DNA from: Vulcanimicrobiota bacterium
GTDB taxonomy: Bacteria; Vulcanimicrobiota; Vulcanimicrobiia; Vulcanimicrobiales; Vulcanimicrobiaceae
Length of the DNA stretch: 64,000 nt
Direction of reading: 5' to 3'
Assembly: GCA_963833095.1 (NCBI GenBank)
Contig: CAWHWQ010000005.1
Coordinates: 192,001-256,000 of the forward strand
In this document: positions 42,366 through 51,910 of the stretch, piece by piece
Numbering within the stretch: the stretch's first letter is position 1
Layout: each line of letters opens with the position of its first letter
The notes under the pieces: model-generated
Seen by the model: the letters and a program-made list of their open reading frames with translations, nothing else
Told to the model about the DNA's origin: nothing
Database searches by the model: none
Translations under genes and position numbers: made by a program

Positions 42366-43076
42366 GTGTCCTCTTCTACCGATCGCGTATCGCTGAGTGT
42401 TTCAGACGGAACCACGATGAGCGCCTATGTCTCACGTCCAAAATCCGGCACGCCTACTGCCGGTATGCTGGTCTTTCAGGAGGCCTTTGGCGTGAACGCG
42501 TATATGCGCGACGTCACGGACCGCTTCGCGGCACTCGGATTCTTGGGAATTACACCCGAGCTGTTTCACCGCACCGGCCCCGGTTTTGAGGGCAGCTATA
42601 CCGATTTCGAGGCGGTTCGTCCGCACATGGCTGCGCTGACCACCGATGGACTGCGCGCGGACATCGACGCGGCGTACACGTGGCTACGCGGACAGGGCAT
42701 CGATGCCCCGCGAATCGGTGCCATTGGATTCTGCATGGGTGGGCGAGTCGCATACATAGCAAACGAACGCGTGCAACTCGGCGCGGCGATTTCGTTCTAT
42801 GGGGGTGGCATTGTGCCGGATCTTCTTCCCCTGGCACAAGCGCAACGTGCGCCGATCCTGATGTTTTGGGGAGGCCTCGATGCGCATATACTACCCGAGC
42901 AGTACCGCGCGGTCGCCGATGCGCTCACGGCGGCGAAGGCAACTCACGAGCAAGTTGTGTTCAGCCAAGCCGATCACGGCTTCTTCTGCGACGCGCGCGC
43001 GAGCTACAACGAGATCGCCTCACGCCAGGCAATGGCGCTGGTCAACGCGTTTCTCGATGCGTACGGCTTGTTATAG
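42366..43076 (+). CDS. Dienelactone hydrolase family protein
   Basis: AAGGAG + GTG; QEAFGVN, GFCMGG, HGFFCD. Confidence 0.93.
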   Translation: MSSSTDRVSLSVSDGTTMSAYVSRPKSGTPTAGMLVFQEAFGVNAYMRDVTDRFAALGFLGITPELFHRTGPGFEGSYTDFEAVRPHMAALTTDGLRADIDAAYTWLRGQGIDAPRIGAIGFCMGGRVAYIANERVQLGAAISFYGGGIVPDLLPLAQAQRAPILMFWGGLDAHILPEQYRAVADALTAAKATHEQVVFSQADHGFFCDARASYNEIASRQAMALVNAFLDAYGLL

Positions 43077-44301
43077 CGGCATGTAGCGCTTCACGAATGC
43101 GCGCGACGAACGGCCGCTTGTAGGCAAAGACGTCGCGCGCGTCCTCATCATGCACGAGCATTGCCGCATCGGCTTCAAAGACGAAAAGCTGCCCGTCGGG
43201 GAGCACCGTAGCGTCGATCCCGAAGTAATCGAGTCCCACCGCGCGTGCGATTTGCGGCATCACCCGATCCCACGACGCCATCATTCGCGCCGGCGCTTCG
43301 AGAAAGCGCCGCTCCTCGTCGCGAAGTGCGCGCGATTCGCGCATTGGACTACTTTGATAGTGCACCATCCACTGTGGCGCGATCGCAAGGTGGTACGGAT
43401 AGGCCACGCCGTCGACGAAAATCGCCCGAAACTTTCGATAAAGTCCGTCAGGGCTGCGGTAGTCAAGAAACCGTGAAACGTAATAGCGTTCGGCCGGGAA
43501 TCGCTGCACATGCCGTTGGAGGTCGGGCGCTTCGGCCACGTGCGCAAAACCATCACCCGCATGGGTATCGATCGGACGAACCAGTGCGGGCAGCTCGATC
43601 GAGCGGACTTGCGCGCTCGTAACGATCGTTGCGTCGGCCGGCACGATGCCGTCAATCCCGGCGAGCGTGCGCGCCAGTGATTCACGCGCTGTCCCGTGCA
43701 ACCGGCCCGGGTCGTTGAGCGACGATTGCGCTCCATCGAGAAAGGCGACCGCGCGGCGGGCCGCATCACGCGCGGCGTTGGCAGCACCGAACGCGCAAAA
43801 TGCAAGGGCAAAGGGTGGTAATGCCGGCTGTGCCTCGCCCTCGACGTAGTATTTGTGGACCGCGAAGCGCGAGCGATCGAGCAAAAGCTCGAGCGGAGCG
43901 TTGACGCTGTAGGGCGCATCGCGCAACAACAAGAGGATCGGCGTCCGGTTGCCGACCGGCAATGGATCGGGATAGACGCGCTGTAGCGCAAGCGCCAGCG
44001 CGCGATGCTCGTGGCTTGTCGGCGCGTCGTCGAGCACGTGCGCGATTTCGCCGCATGCCCAGTGCGCGAGCGCGGCGGACGGATCCAAATCGGCTGCAGC
44101 ACGATACGCCTCGAGCGCATCGACGTAGCGCCCGCGACGAACCAAGACGTTCCCGAGCATTGCCAAATCGTGTGAGGCGGCATCTCCGCCGGAGCAGCGC
44201 GACGAAAGCTCGCGCTGGGCTTCGTCAATACCGCGAAACGAGGTGAGCGCCGGCGGTGCAACCGAGTGCTCCACCAGTTCAGGAAACCGCAAGTCGATCA
44301 T
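43042..44301 (-). CDS. TPR-containing ATP-grasp-like protein
   Basis: N-terminal TPR (LGNVL..GRY.DAL.AY..A); C-terminal RP.DTHAG.G, YRKFR, GLDYFGID, FEADA. Confidence 0.7.
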   Translation of the reverse strand: MIDLRFPELVEHSVAPPALTSFRGIDEAQRELSSRCSGGDAASHDLAMLGNVLVRRGRYVDALEAYRAAADLDPSAALAHWACGEIAHVLDDAPTSHEHRALALALQRVYPDPLPVGNRTPILLLLRDAPYSVNAPLELLLDRSRFAVHKYYVEGEAQPALPPFALAFCAFGAANAARDAARRAVAFLDGAQSSLNDPGRLHGTARESLARTLAGIDGIVPADATIVTSAQVRSIELPALVRPIDTHAGDGFAHVAEAPDLQRHVQRFPAERYYVSRFLDYRSPDGLYRKFRAIFVDGVAYPYHLAIAPQWMVHYQSSPMRESRALRDEERRFLEAPARMMASWDRVMPQIARAVGLDYFGIDATVLPDGQLFVFEADAAMLVHDEDARDVFAYKRPFVARIREALHAAITSRTHRETR

Positions 44302-44317
44302 GCTATCATGGTGCACA

Positions 44318-44704
44318 ATGCTTCTTGCGCTGTTACTTGCCCTCGTTCATCCCAGCTTGACGTCGGCGGTCGCGCAAGCAACGCCCACGCCGACAACGCT
44401 GACGTACCGAACCTACATTCGCCCGCGCTTCGAGTCGTTCGGTTACGCCGGCGAAATGCGCATCACAATCGTTGATGGTTACGTGAACGGAACGTACCGT
44501 CCCGACACGGGTGGCACGCTAACTCCGGTTCGCGGAGGAAGCCAAGGATCGGATATCTGGTTCGATATCGCGACCCTTGGCGGCGTCCACATCCAAGGAA
44601 CGGTGAAGGGTGACGGGACGATCACGGGCGTCGGCGCGCCGGCCGGCCCGTCGGGCAAGCAGTACGTGTTTACCGCGAAGCCCGAAGCGTCACCCTCGCC
44701 TTAG
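44318..44704 (+). CDS. Hypothetical secreted protein
   Basis: Signal peptide MLLALLLALV..AVAQA; extended -10 TGcTATCAT upstream. Confidence 0.65.
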   Translation: MLLALLLALVHPSLTSAVAQATPTPTTLTYRTYIRPRFESFGYAGEMRITIVDGYVNGTYRPDTGGTLTPVRGGSQGSDIWFDIATLGGVHIQGTVKGDGTITGVGAPAGPSGKQYVFTAKPEASPSP

Positions 44705-45234
44705 ACCGGCAGGGACGGATGCGCGTCGTGCACGGCTTTCCATGACGCGTAGAAGGCCAGCGCCGCGGTCAAGATACCAGCGTAGCCGCCGAATTGGATC
44801 ATCGAGGGTACGCCGAAACCCGCACCGATCCAAAGCAGGATGAACGTGATCGACAGCACGATGAAGACCAGCTTCACCGGCAGCGCCGTATGGCGGACCG
44901 CTTCGATCGTCATGTACAGCGTGAAGATCATCCATGCGAAGAGAATGTAGGCGAGATCGTTCGGGTTCTTCGGAGTGACGAACATCGCCCAGAATCCCGT
45001 GCCCATCCAGAACGCACCATACGACGTAAAGGCTAGCGCGCCAAAGGTGTTCCCCGAGGGGAACTCCCACATGCCGGCCAGCAGCTGCGCTGCGCCGCCG
45101 TAGAAGAACGCGAATCCGAGAAACGCGTCGCCGACGGGCATTCCCGCGTTCTTTGCTGAGAGCAAGAAGGTCGTAAGTGCAAAGCCAGCGAGCCCTAACG
45201 CGGCCGGGTTCGCTATTTTCGGTGGTGATACCAT
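44701..45234 (-). CDS. Acetate uptake transporter (GPR1/FUN34/YaaH, SatP family)
   Basis: ANPAALGLAGF, FYGG..Q..AG, NTFGA..FTSYGAFW; GGAGG SD. Confidence 0.92.
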   Translation of the reverse strand: MVSPPKIANPAALGLAGFALTTFLLSAKNAGMPVGDAFLGFAFFYGGAAQLLAGMWEFPSGNTFGALAFTSYGAFWMGTGFWAMFVTPKNPNDLAYILFAWMIFTLYMTIEAVRHTALPVKLVFIVLSITFILLWIGAGFGVPSMIQFGGYAGILTAALAFYASWKAVHDAHPSLPV

Positions 45235-45370
45235 ATGAAAAAGGCCTCCACGAAAAGTTGCAGTGTGTAGAATAGAGCAATATACAAAAACGCGGGCCCA
45301 CCTGCTTGGGGAATCGAGCGCCGGGGAGCGCCGCGAATAACCGCGAAGCACCTTAGACGGAGGCCGCCCG

Positions 45371-45844
45371 ATGTCGAAGCTGCGCACGCGCGATGGGCTC
45401 GCGGAACTGCAATCCGCGGTGTGGATCTTGCATGCAACGCTCGATCCGCTCGAGACGCTGGCCGGCTGTGGGCACGGAGCGCAGACACAAGACCATTTTG
45501 CGCTGCGCCTGCGCGGGGGTACGCGCGGCGCGGCAATCGAAGCGCGATTTCGCTTTATTGCGGATGGGCGCAACGCGCGTGCGCTTGCGTTCACGTGGAC
45601 GCACGACGATGACGCACCGCTGCCTTCCATGAGCGGCACGATTTCATTTCGGCGGATCGGCCCGCTGCTGATCCTCTCGGTCCACGCGCACTATGCGTGC
45701 GGGCTCGATGTCCCCGAACGGCTCTTCTTCGAAGCCGTTGGTCGCAAGCTCGCAGAGCGGACATTCGCAGGTCTGCGGCGAGCGCTCGTGTATCTGTTGC
45801 AGCATCTCCCATCGCGCTGCATGCACGAGGACCCGTCTGGCTGA
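45371..45844 (+). CDS. Hypothetical protein
   Basis: GGAGG SD; ORF directly precedes the LuxR regulator. Confidence 0.55.
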   Translation: MSKLRTRDGLAELQSAVWILHATLDPLETLAGCGHGAQTQDHFALRLRGGTRGAAIEARFRFIADGRNARALAFTWTHDDDAPLPSMSGTISFRRIGPLLILSVHAHYACGLDVPERLFFEAVGRKLAERTFAGLRRALVYLLQHLPSRCMHEDPSG

Positions 45845-48395
45845 GCTCGTCCCCCGCCCACGCGTCGAGCGGCGACTGCTCGAAGCGGTTGCACGCGCGC
45901 CGCTAACACTCGTCCAAGCGCCAATGGGCGCCGGCAAGAGTGTGGCCGCGGCGCTCGCCTTTGGGCCCGACTCCGGCACGGTATGGCTCGACGCGCGGCC
46001 GTGGCATCGCGCAGCTTTTGCAACCGCGCTGGTCGACTCCGTGCGATCGCTCCGCCCCGAATTCGGACGTCTGACACTGGGCGCGTTCGAAGCGCAAGCA
46101 TCGGCGCAGCACGTTGGCCGAACCTTTGCGTCCGAACTTGCCCACGTCAATCGTCCGCTCACGCTCATCATCGACAATGCGCAGACGCTCACCGCCGACA
46201 GTTCCTTCGCAGAATTCCTCGACGGAGCCATCGGCGAACTCCCTTCGTTCGTGCACGTCCTCGTGCTCGGACGCGCGGTTCCGGAGGTTGCTCCCGCTAC
46301 GGCGCTTGCTGCAGGGGTCGCGATCCTGGACGGGAGCTTTCTTGCACTCGACGCGGAAGAATTACGCGCGCTCGCGCGCGCCTTCGGTCGCGAACTCGAC
46401 GACGACGAACTGGAGCACACCGCGCGTCTCACTGAAGGCTGGGTGGCCGGCGCGGCGCTGGCGCTTGCCGGTTGGCGCGAACCGGAGCTCGCCAAACAGA
46501 TTCTCTCCGAGCTCGGGCCGGAGAACCTTCGTGTGCTCGAAGAACTCAGCGTGTTGCAAACGATCGACGCCGGCATGTTAGCGCGGCACGACGTCTTCGG
46601 CGGCGTTCGCCAATCGCTGACCGACATGCTTGCGCGCGGCGCACCGATCACCGAGATAGGAAACGGCAGGTACCGCGTGCATCCACTCGTGCGAGACCTG
46701 GCACGCACCCAGTTGCGCGCGCGTGACGGCGAGGCCGCTGCGCACCGTCACGCCGCCGAAGCGCATGCGGGAACGGGCCATCTCGCCGCCGCGCTGCATC
46801 ACGCCGATTCCGCGGGCGACGCGGCGACGGCGGGCGCGTTCTTGCGGCTGCACGCGCAAGCCGCGATCGCCACCGGAGACCGCGCGCGTGTGCGATCGCT
46901 TGCCATGCGGATTGACCCTTGCGGACCCGATAACGATGTACGCTGGTACACCGAAGGCTTGCTCGACAAAGCAGCGGCCTCCTCACAAGCACGGGGCGCC
47001 TTTGCGCAAGCTGCAATAGCAGCGGCCGACTCCCACGACGACGCGATTGCCTTCGACGCGCGCGCGCAGATGCTCGAATACGACATCGGCCATTTGGTCG
47101 CGATCGACGCGCGAGAACTCGACGACTTGGAACATCGCGCCGCATCGGTCGGTTCCGGGGCGCCCATCACAGTGGCAGTGTTGCGCGGCTGGGCGCGTGC
47201 CGTCGCGTTTGATTTTCGAGCGGCGCTCGACGAGCTTGCGCAGCTCGGCGACATTCCCGATGCGGCCGCGCGTTTCAATAGCGCGATTCTTCGCGCCTAC
47301 GCGCAAACGGCACTGGGCGAGATCGACGCCGCACAGGACACGCTCGACGAACTCACGCGACTGCTCGAAGATGACGACCGCGCTGTCCTTCAAACGTTAA
47401 CGCTGGTGTGGTTCGCGCGACTTGCGCTTCTGTGGGGACGTACGAATGCCGCCGCTGATTCGGCAGGGCAGGCGGCACGCCTCGCCGCCGCGCTCGATCT
47501 GCGAGCTGAGGAGGCGGCGCTCTATATCGCGCTTGCCGAGATCGCGACGCATAACGGCGATGTCGAGAGCGCAGTGCGTCATGCACAGCGAGCGCTCGAA
47601 CACGCAGATCGCGCCTGGTATGCCGCCGACGTCGCGCGCGTTCGCGCTTTTTCGGAAATAGTGCTCGCCCGCGCAGCATTTCTGGGCCACGACAATGCCA
47701 TCGCGCTCGACTTGGCGCAACGGGCCGCAAAGCATCCCGACGTTCCCGCCGTGCAACAGGCGATCGCGCTGACCGAAGCCGCATTCTACGCGTTGCTGTA
47801 CAAGCCCGAATCGGCGGCGGACCTCATCGCTCGCGCGCACGACGCAATCGCGCAAGCGCGGCCCCTCGACGCCTACGATGCGGTTGGCCTCGCGCACGCG
47901 CACGAGCTCCTGGCATTTCTTGCCGCGGCAAACGGCGAAACACCGCGTGAATCGCCGGCGGCGTGCGCGCCCTTTGCGGGACTACTGGCGCAGCGTGGCG
48001 GCCTGGTCTCGCTGGAGCTTGCCGGCGTCGCGGTCGGCAACGCGCGCCGCGGTGAAAGCCGTGGCACGACCGCGTTCGAAACTGCGCTCGATTTGCTGAC
48101 ACGCGAGGGACCGCGCTTTGAGGCGCGCCTCGCGCGCGCTTACGCTTCCACGTTTATTCGGCCCAGACGTCGCGCCGAAGTGCAACCGCACACCGTGGAC
48201 CTCACTGCGCGCGAACGCGAAATTCTTGCCTTGCTCGTGGACGGTCTCAGCAATAAGGAGATTGCGCAACGGCTAGTCGTTAGTCCGCGCACAATCGAGA
48301 CGCACGTCGAGCGCGTGCTCGGCAAGCTCGAGGTCGGGTCGCGCTCGCGCGCGATCGCCAAGGCGTTGCGCTTGGGCCTGGTGAGTTTGGAGTAG
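45693..48395 (+). CDS. MalT/LAL-like regulator with C-terminal LuxR HTH (true start probably near 45820-45840)
   Basis: LVPRPR, Walker A APMGAGKS, TEGW, YRVHPL, LTAREREIL..GLSNKEIA..SPRTIETH. Confidence 0.88.
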   Translation: MRAGSMSPNGSSSKPLVASSQSGHSQVCGERSCICCSISHRAACTRTRLAELVPRPRVERRLLEAVARAPLTLVQAPMGAGKSVAAALAFGPDSGTVWLDARPWHRAAFATALVDSVRSLRPEFGRLTLGAFEAQASAQHVGRTFASELAHVNRPLTLIIDNAQTLTADSSFAEFLDGAIGELPSFVHVLVLGRAVPEVAPATALAAGVAILDGSFLALDAEELRALARAFGRELDDDELEHTARLTEGWVAGAALALAGWREPELAKQILSELGPENLRVLEELSVLQTIDAGMLARHDVFGGVRQSLTDMLARGAPITEIGNGRYRVHPLVRDLARTQLRARDGEAAAHRHAAEAHAGTGHLAAALHHADSAGDAATAGAFLRLHAQAAIATGDRARVRSLAMRIDPCGPDNDVRWYTEGLLDKAAASSQARGAFAQAAIAAADSHDDAIAFDARAQMLEYDIGHLVAIDARELDDLEHRAASVGSGAPITVAVLRGWARAVAFDFRAALDELAQLGDIPDAAARFNSAILRAYAQTALGEIDAAQDTLDELTRLLEDDDRAVLQTLTLVWFARLALLWGRTNAAADSAGQAARLAAALDLRAEEAALYIALAEIATHNGDVESAVRHAQRALEHADRAWYAADVARVRAFSEIVLARAAFLGHDNAIALDLAQRAAKHPDVPAVQQAIALTEAAFYALLYKPESAADLIARAHDAIAQARPLDAYDAVGLAHAHELLAFLAAANGETPRESPAACAPFAGLLAQRGGLVSLELAGVAVGNARRGESRGTTAFETALDLLTREGPRFEARLARAYASTFIRPRRRAEVQPHTVDLTAREREILALLVDGLSNKEIAQRLVVSPRTIETHVERVLGKLEVGSRSRAIAKALRLGLVSLE

Positions 48396-48396
48396 A

Positions 48397-48422
48397 CACG
48401 CCGCGGATCTCGCCGCGGCGTG
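48397..48422. terminator. Hairpin between convergent genes
   Basis: cacgccgcgg-atctcg-ccgcggcgtg 10-bp stem; no clear U tract. Confidence 0.5.
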
Positions 48423-48432
48423 CCGTTACTCG

Positions 48433-50403
48433 CTAGTCGTCGCTGTCGTTACGTACCGGTAGTGCTTGCGCGGTCGGATCGCCCAACAGCGCTTGATGCA
48501 GATACCAGCCCGCCGTTTCGTAGCCCGGCGGAAGCGGCGCGGGCGCCGGGATCGGTGTAATCCCGAGCGTCGCGCAACTTATGCTCGGCGTGCTGCTTGG
48601 CGCGGCGATCGTCGCCATCGACGCCGGATTTGGAGCCGACGTGCCGGCGAGTTTTCCGGCGTCGAGCGCGTCGGTGAGATCCGAGGTTTGCGGATTGGCG
48701 TCTGCAGGAGCCAATCCGGCGAGATCGCCTTTGAGCGCGTCCGGCATCCAGCCGAAGCCGGGCAGTCCGAACACGGTCTCGATGAACTTCGACACTGAGC
48801 CGTGATCGGCATAGTCATGCACGACTACGCCGGTCTTGGAGAACGGCGAGATAATGAACGCGGGTAAACGCACGCCGTTACCGCACGCGTAACCCGCTTC
48901 AGGTCCGGTTTGGTCTTGCGGGCAGGTGCGTCCGAAGCTCGGCGGAGGAGCGTGGTCGTAGAAACCGCCGCTGTCGTCCCACGTGACGATGATCACTGAG
49001 TCTTTCCAGTACTTGCTCGATGCAATCGCATTGATCACTTGCGCGAGATAGGCTTCCGCGACAGCATGGTCGGAGCTGCCGCTCCCCGGATGATCGTCAT
49101 CGCCGACATAATATTGCTTGCCGGTTGAATTACTGGTGAAGATCGGGTCGGCCGGCCGTAGTCCGTACGTGTTCGCGTTGCCGCCCTTGACCCAGAAGAC
49201 GCCTTCTGGGGGCAGTGACCCGTTCTGAATATCGGAGATCAAACCACTGCTCGACGTATTGTCTCGCAACGAGCTCGTCGTTGCGTACGGCGACCCGGCG
49301 TGATTGATGTAGTCGAAGTAGAGCGGCGCGGTGTGATGCGCACTGAACCCGTTTGCGCCGGTAGCGAGGCCTTCTTCATACCAGGCCCACGAGATCGACG
49401 GGCGATAGAACGCGCTCGACTCGAGCGCAATAGAATTGCGAATGAGCCCGAGATCGTTGGCTTTGAGTGCTTGCTGATCCATCGTCGGATCGAGCAGCAC
49501 CGGCATTGTCACATAGCTCTGGTAGGTGCTGTTGTCAGGCGAGTAGGGACCCACGAACGAAAGATTCGACGCCGGCGGATTGTTATCGTTGGAGATCGGC
49601 ACGCCGTCGCTGTAACCGCCGCCCGCTACGGGGACCGAGGGCGTACCTTCGCCGGCCGCCGCTTCCGTCTGGCCGATCTGGCCTGCGAAGAGCTGAATGT
49701 TACCGGGTGTCGATTGACCAGTGTCGGCTTGGAAGTAGTGATCGAAGAGCGCGAAGTTCTTCGCATAGTACCAGAGATACGGCACGGTGTCGCAGTCGTA
49801 CACGCCTTCAATGCCGATCGCTTCGTTATGCGCTTGTATTTGCGCGGGGCTCGGCGTCGGTCCGAGCGGCGGCGTTCCCGTTTCAATATCGGAAAGAAAG
49901 CCGTCCATGCGACCGTGGTCGATGCCGGCCTCTTGGTCGTTGCGGTCGTTTGCGCCCCCGGTAATATCGGGAGCGTCCGCGACGTAGTTTGGACTCCTCG
50001 GGTTTGCCGAGATCAAGAACGGCCGTTGACAGCCGCCGGCCACCGGATCCGGTTCGCAATCATCGGCACGCGCGGTGGCGCTTGCGAGATTCTCGACCGA
50101 TTGGCCGTTGACGCCGGGAAAGAGCCCAAAGTATGAATCAAAGGTGTGATTCTCTTGAATCAGTACGAACACGTGCTTGACCTTGGCGTGCACCAAGGCC
50201 TCGATATTGGTAGATCCCCGGGGGCCGTAGCGGCCGGCGATCTGAGCCTCTTCGGCTTGCGCGCTCTGCGGTTGTGTGACCGACGCGACTCCCGCGGCGC
50301 CGCCGGTGATGCTGTTTGCAACACCGCCCGCTCCGCCGCCACCGCACCCGGTAAGTAACCACGACGACGTCAAGACGACAAGACCCGCAGCTAAACGACG
50401 CAT
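48433..50403 (-). CDS. Phospholipase C / acid phosphatase (phosphoesterase family) lipoprotein
   Basis: Lipobox LTGC; KHVFVLIQENHTFDSYFG, DDHPG, TWDDSGGFYDH, GVRLP. Confidence 0.9.
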   Translation of the reverse strand: MRRLAAGLVVLTSSWLLTGCGGGGAGGVANSITGGAAGVASVTQPQSAQAEEAQIAGRYGPRGSTNIEALVHAKVKHVFVLIQENHTFDSYFGLFPGVNGQSVENLASATARADDCEPDPVAGGCQRPFLISANPRSPNYVADAPDITGGANDRNDQEAGIDHGRMDGFLSDIETGTPPLGPTPSPAQIQAHNEAIGIEGVYDCDTVPYLWYYAKNFALFDHYFQADTGQSTPGNIQLFAGQIGQTEAAAGEGTPSVPVAGGGYSDGVPISNDNNPPASNLSFVGPYSPDNSTYQSYVTMPVLLDPTMDQQALKANDLGLIRNSIALESSAFYRPSISWAWYEEGLATGANGFSAHHTAPLYFDYINHAGSPYATTSSLRDNTSSSGLISDIQNGSLPPEGVFWVKGGNANTYGLRPADPIFTSNSTGKQYYVGDDDHPGSGSSDHAVAEAYLAQVINAIASSKYWKDSVIIVTWDDSGGFYDHAPPPSFGRTCPQDQTGPEAGYACGNGVRLPAFIISPFSKTGVVVHDYADHGSVSKFIETVFGLPGFGWMPDALKGDLAGLAPADANPQTSDLTDALDAGKLAGTSAPNPASMATIAAPSSTPSISCATLGITPIPAPAPLPPGYETAGWYLHQALLGDPTAQALPVRNDSDD

Positions 50404-50579
50404 ACTGTCGCTACCTCCAATCTGAAGCGAAACGGGTATGCGTCAAATCTAGTAAAATGCGCGGAGGGTTAGTAGTCGGACCAATAATCGCGCGTTAACG
50501 TTCGAAGCGATTGCATCACGCAAACATAATAAAGCACTCCAACGAACGACAGCGAACGAGCGAGCCCTGTTTTGCTAAA

Positions 50580-51269
50580 CTACAGACGATTGCTGAAGTT
50601 GTCGCCCGTCATCCGCGCGCTGGAGAGATCGACCGTTGACAGGTCGACGCCATGAAAGTTGCAGCCGACGAGCGCGGCGTCTTGGAGTCGTGCGCCGGCC
50701 AGCTGAGCGCCGGAAAAATTCACACCGGTGAACACCGCACCGCGCAGGTCCGCCCCGCGAAGGTTTGCTTGCGCAAAGTTCGCGCCGGTCAATTTGATAT
50801 TCGTCAGAGTACGACCGGGCAGATCCGACTGCGCAAAGTTGCAACCCGTGCAGTCGCTCATGATGGCGCGAATTTGCGCCTCGGAGACCGGCCGCAGCGT
50901 CGCGCCCGGCAGGCTGATGCCCACGCCGTGAACGCCGTCGAACGCGACATTCTCGAGCCGCGCATCGGCAAAGTCAACCCCGTAGAGCTCGGCGCCGCGC
51001 AGATCCGCGCCGCGTAAATCCGCGCCACGCAAATCGATACATTTCAAATGCGCGTTACGCAAGTTGACGTTTTGCAGATTCGCGCCGCGAAGATCGGTAT
51101 TTTCGAGGTGCTGCCCGCGCAAGTCGCGGCCGGCCCAATTCGCGTTCTGCGCATCGGTTATGACGCAATTGTGGCTCGCGTCGTCGTAATTGCCCGCGAC
51201 TGCCGCACCGTGCAACGTCCCCGCGAGACACCCGAGTAAACAAGCCAGACTCACTGCCAGAATTCGCAC
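50580..51269 (-). CDS. Secreted pentapeptide repeat protein
   Basis: A(D/N)Lxx repeats; signal peptide. Confidence 0.9.
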   Translation of the reverse strand: MRILAVSLACLLGCLAGTLHGAAVAGNYDDASHNCVITDAQNANWAGRDLRGQHLENTDLRGANLQNVNLRNAHLKCIDLRGADLRGADLRGAELYGVDFADARLENVAFDGVHGVGISLPGATLRPVSEAQIRAIMSDCTGCNFAQSDLPGRTLTNIKLTGANFAQANLRGADLRGAVFTGVNFSGAQLAGARLQDAALVGCNFHGVDLSTVDLSSARMTGDNFSNRL

Positions 51270-51348
51270 GGCAACCTCCGGAACTAAATTCTTAGTTGAT
51301 GATACCGCGCGGGGAGGGGCTTGTCAACTAATTCTTAAAGTGAGGGCG

Positions 51349-51906
51349 GTGGAAACCGGACTGCGCGTACTCGGCGTCGCCCTTGCTATTGGGCTCGACG
51401 TGCTCGCGCTCTCGATCGCAATCGGTATCAAAGAGCCTCCCTGGCGGCAGCGCGCGCGCCTCGGGGTCGCCTTCTCGTCAGCCGAGATTCTTATGCAGAT
51501 CCTCGGGCTCACGCTGGGCACGGGACTTGGGCGTCTCGTCGGCACGATTGCGACTTGGATCGGCCTGGTCGTGCTCGCGGGAATCGGCGCCTGGATTCTA
51601 CGCGAAGGATTCTCCCACGAAGCGGATCGCGAGTTCAACGTCAACACGCTCGGCGGTCTTCTTCTCGCTTCGCTATCGATCAGTCTCGATTCGCTCGGGG
51701 TCGGCTTCGCGTTACCGGCGCTGCACTTGCCGATCGTGCCACTGCTCTGCACCGTGGCCGTCTCGACGGTGTGCTTTACGCTCGCGGGCCTCGCCTTCGG
51801 CGCGATGCTGGGTCACGTCTTCGAAAAGAACGCAGAGAAAGCCGCCGGCATCGTATTGATCGCGCTTGCCGCGATCTTTGCCGCGCAGCAACTACACGGC
51901 GGCTGA
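51349..51906 (+). CDS. mntP: Manganese efflux pump MntP family
   Basis: ALAIGLDVLALSI and SISLDSLGVG duplicated motifs; AEKAAGIVLI. Confidence 0.8.
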   Translation: METGLRVLGVALAIGLDVLALSIAIGIKEPPWRQRARLGVAFSSAEILMQILGLTLGTGLGRLVGTIATWIGLVVLAGIGAWILREGFSHEADREFNVNTLGGLLLASLSISLDSLGVGFALPALHLPIVPLLCTVAVSTVCFTLAGLAFGAMLGHVFEKNAEKAAGIVLIALAAIFAAQQLHGG

Positions 51907-51910
51907 GGCG

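Noticed and set aside
51270..51348. yybP-ykoY Mn riboswitch upstream of mntP
   Set aside because: The gap is short and shared with a divergent gene; no recognisable motif.
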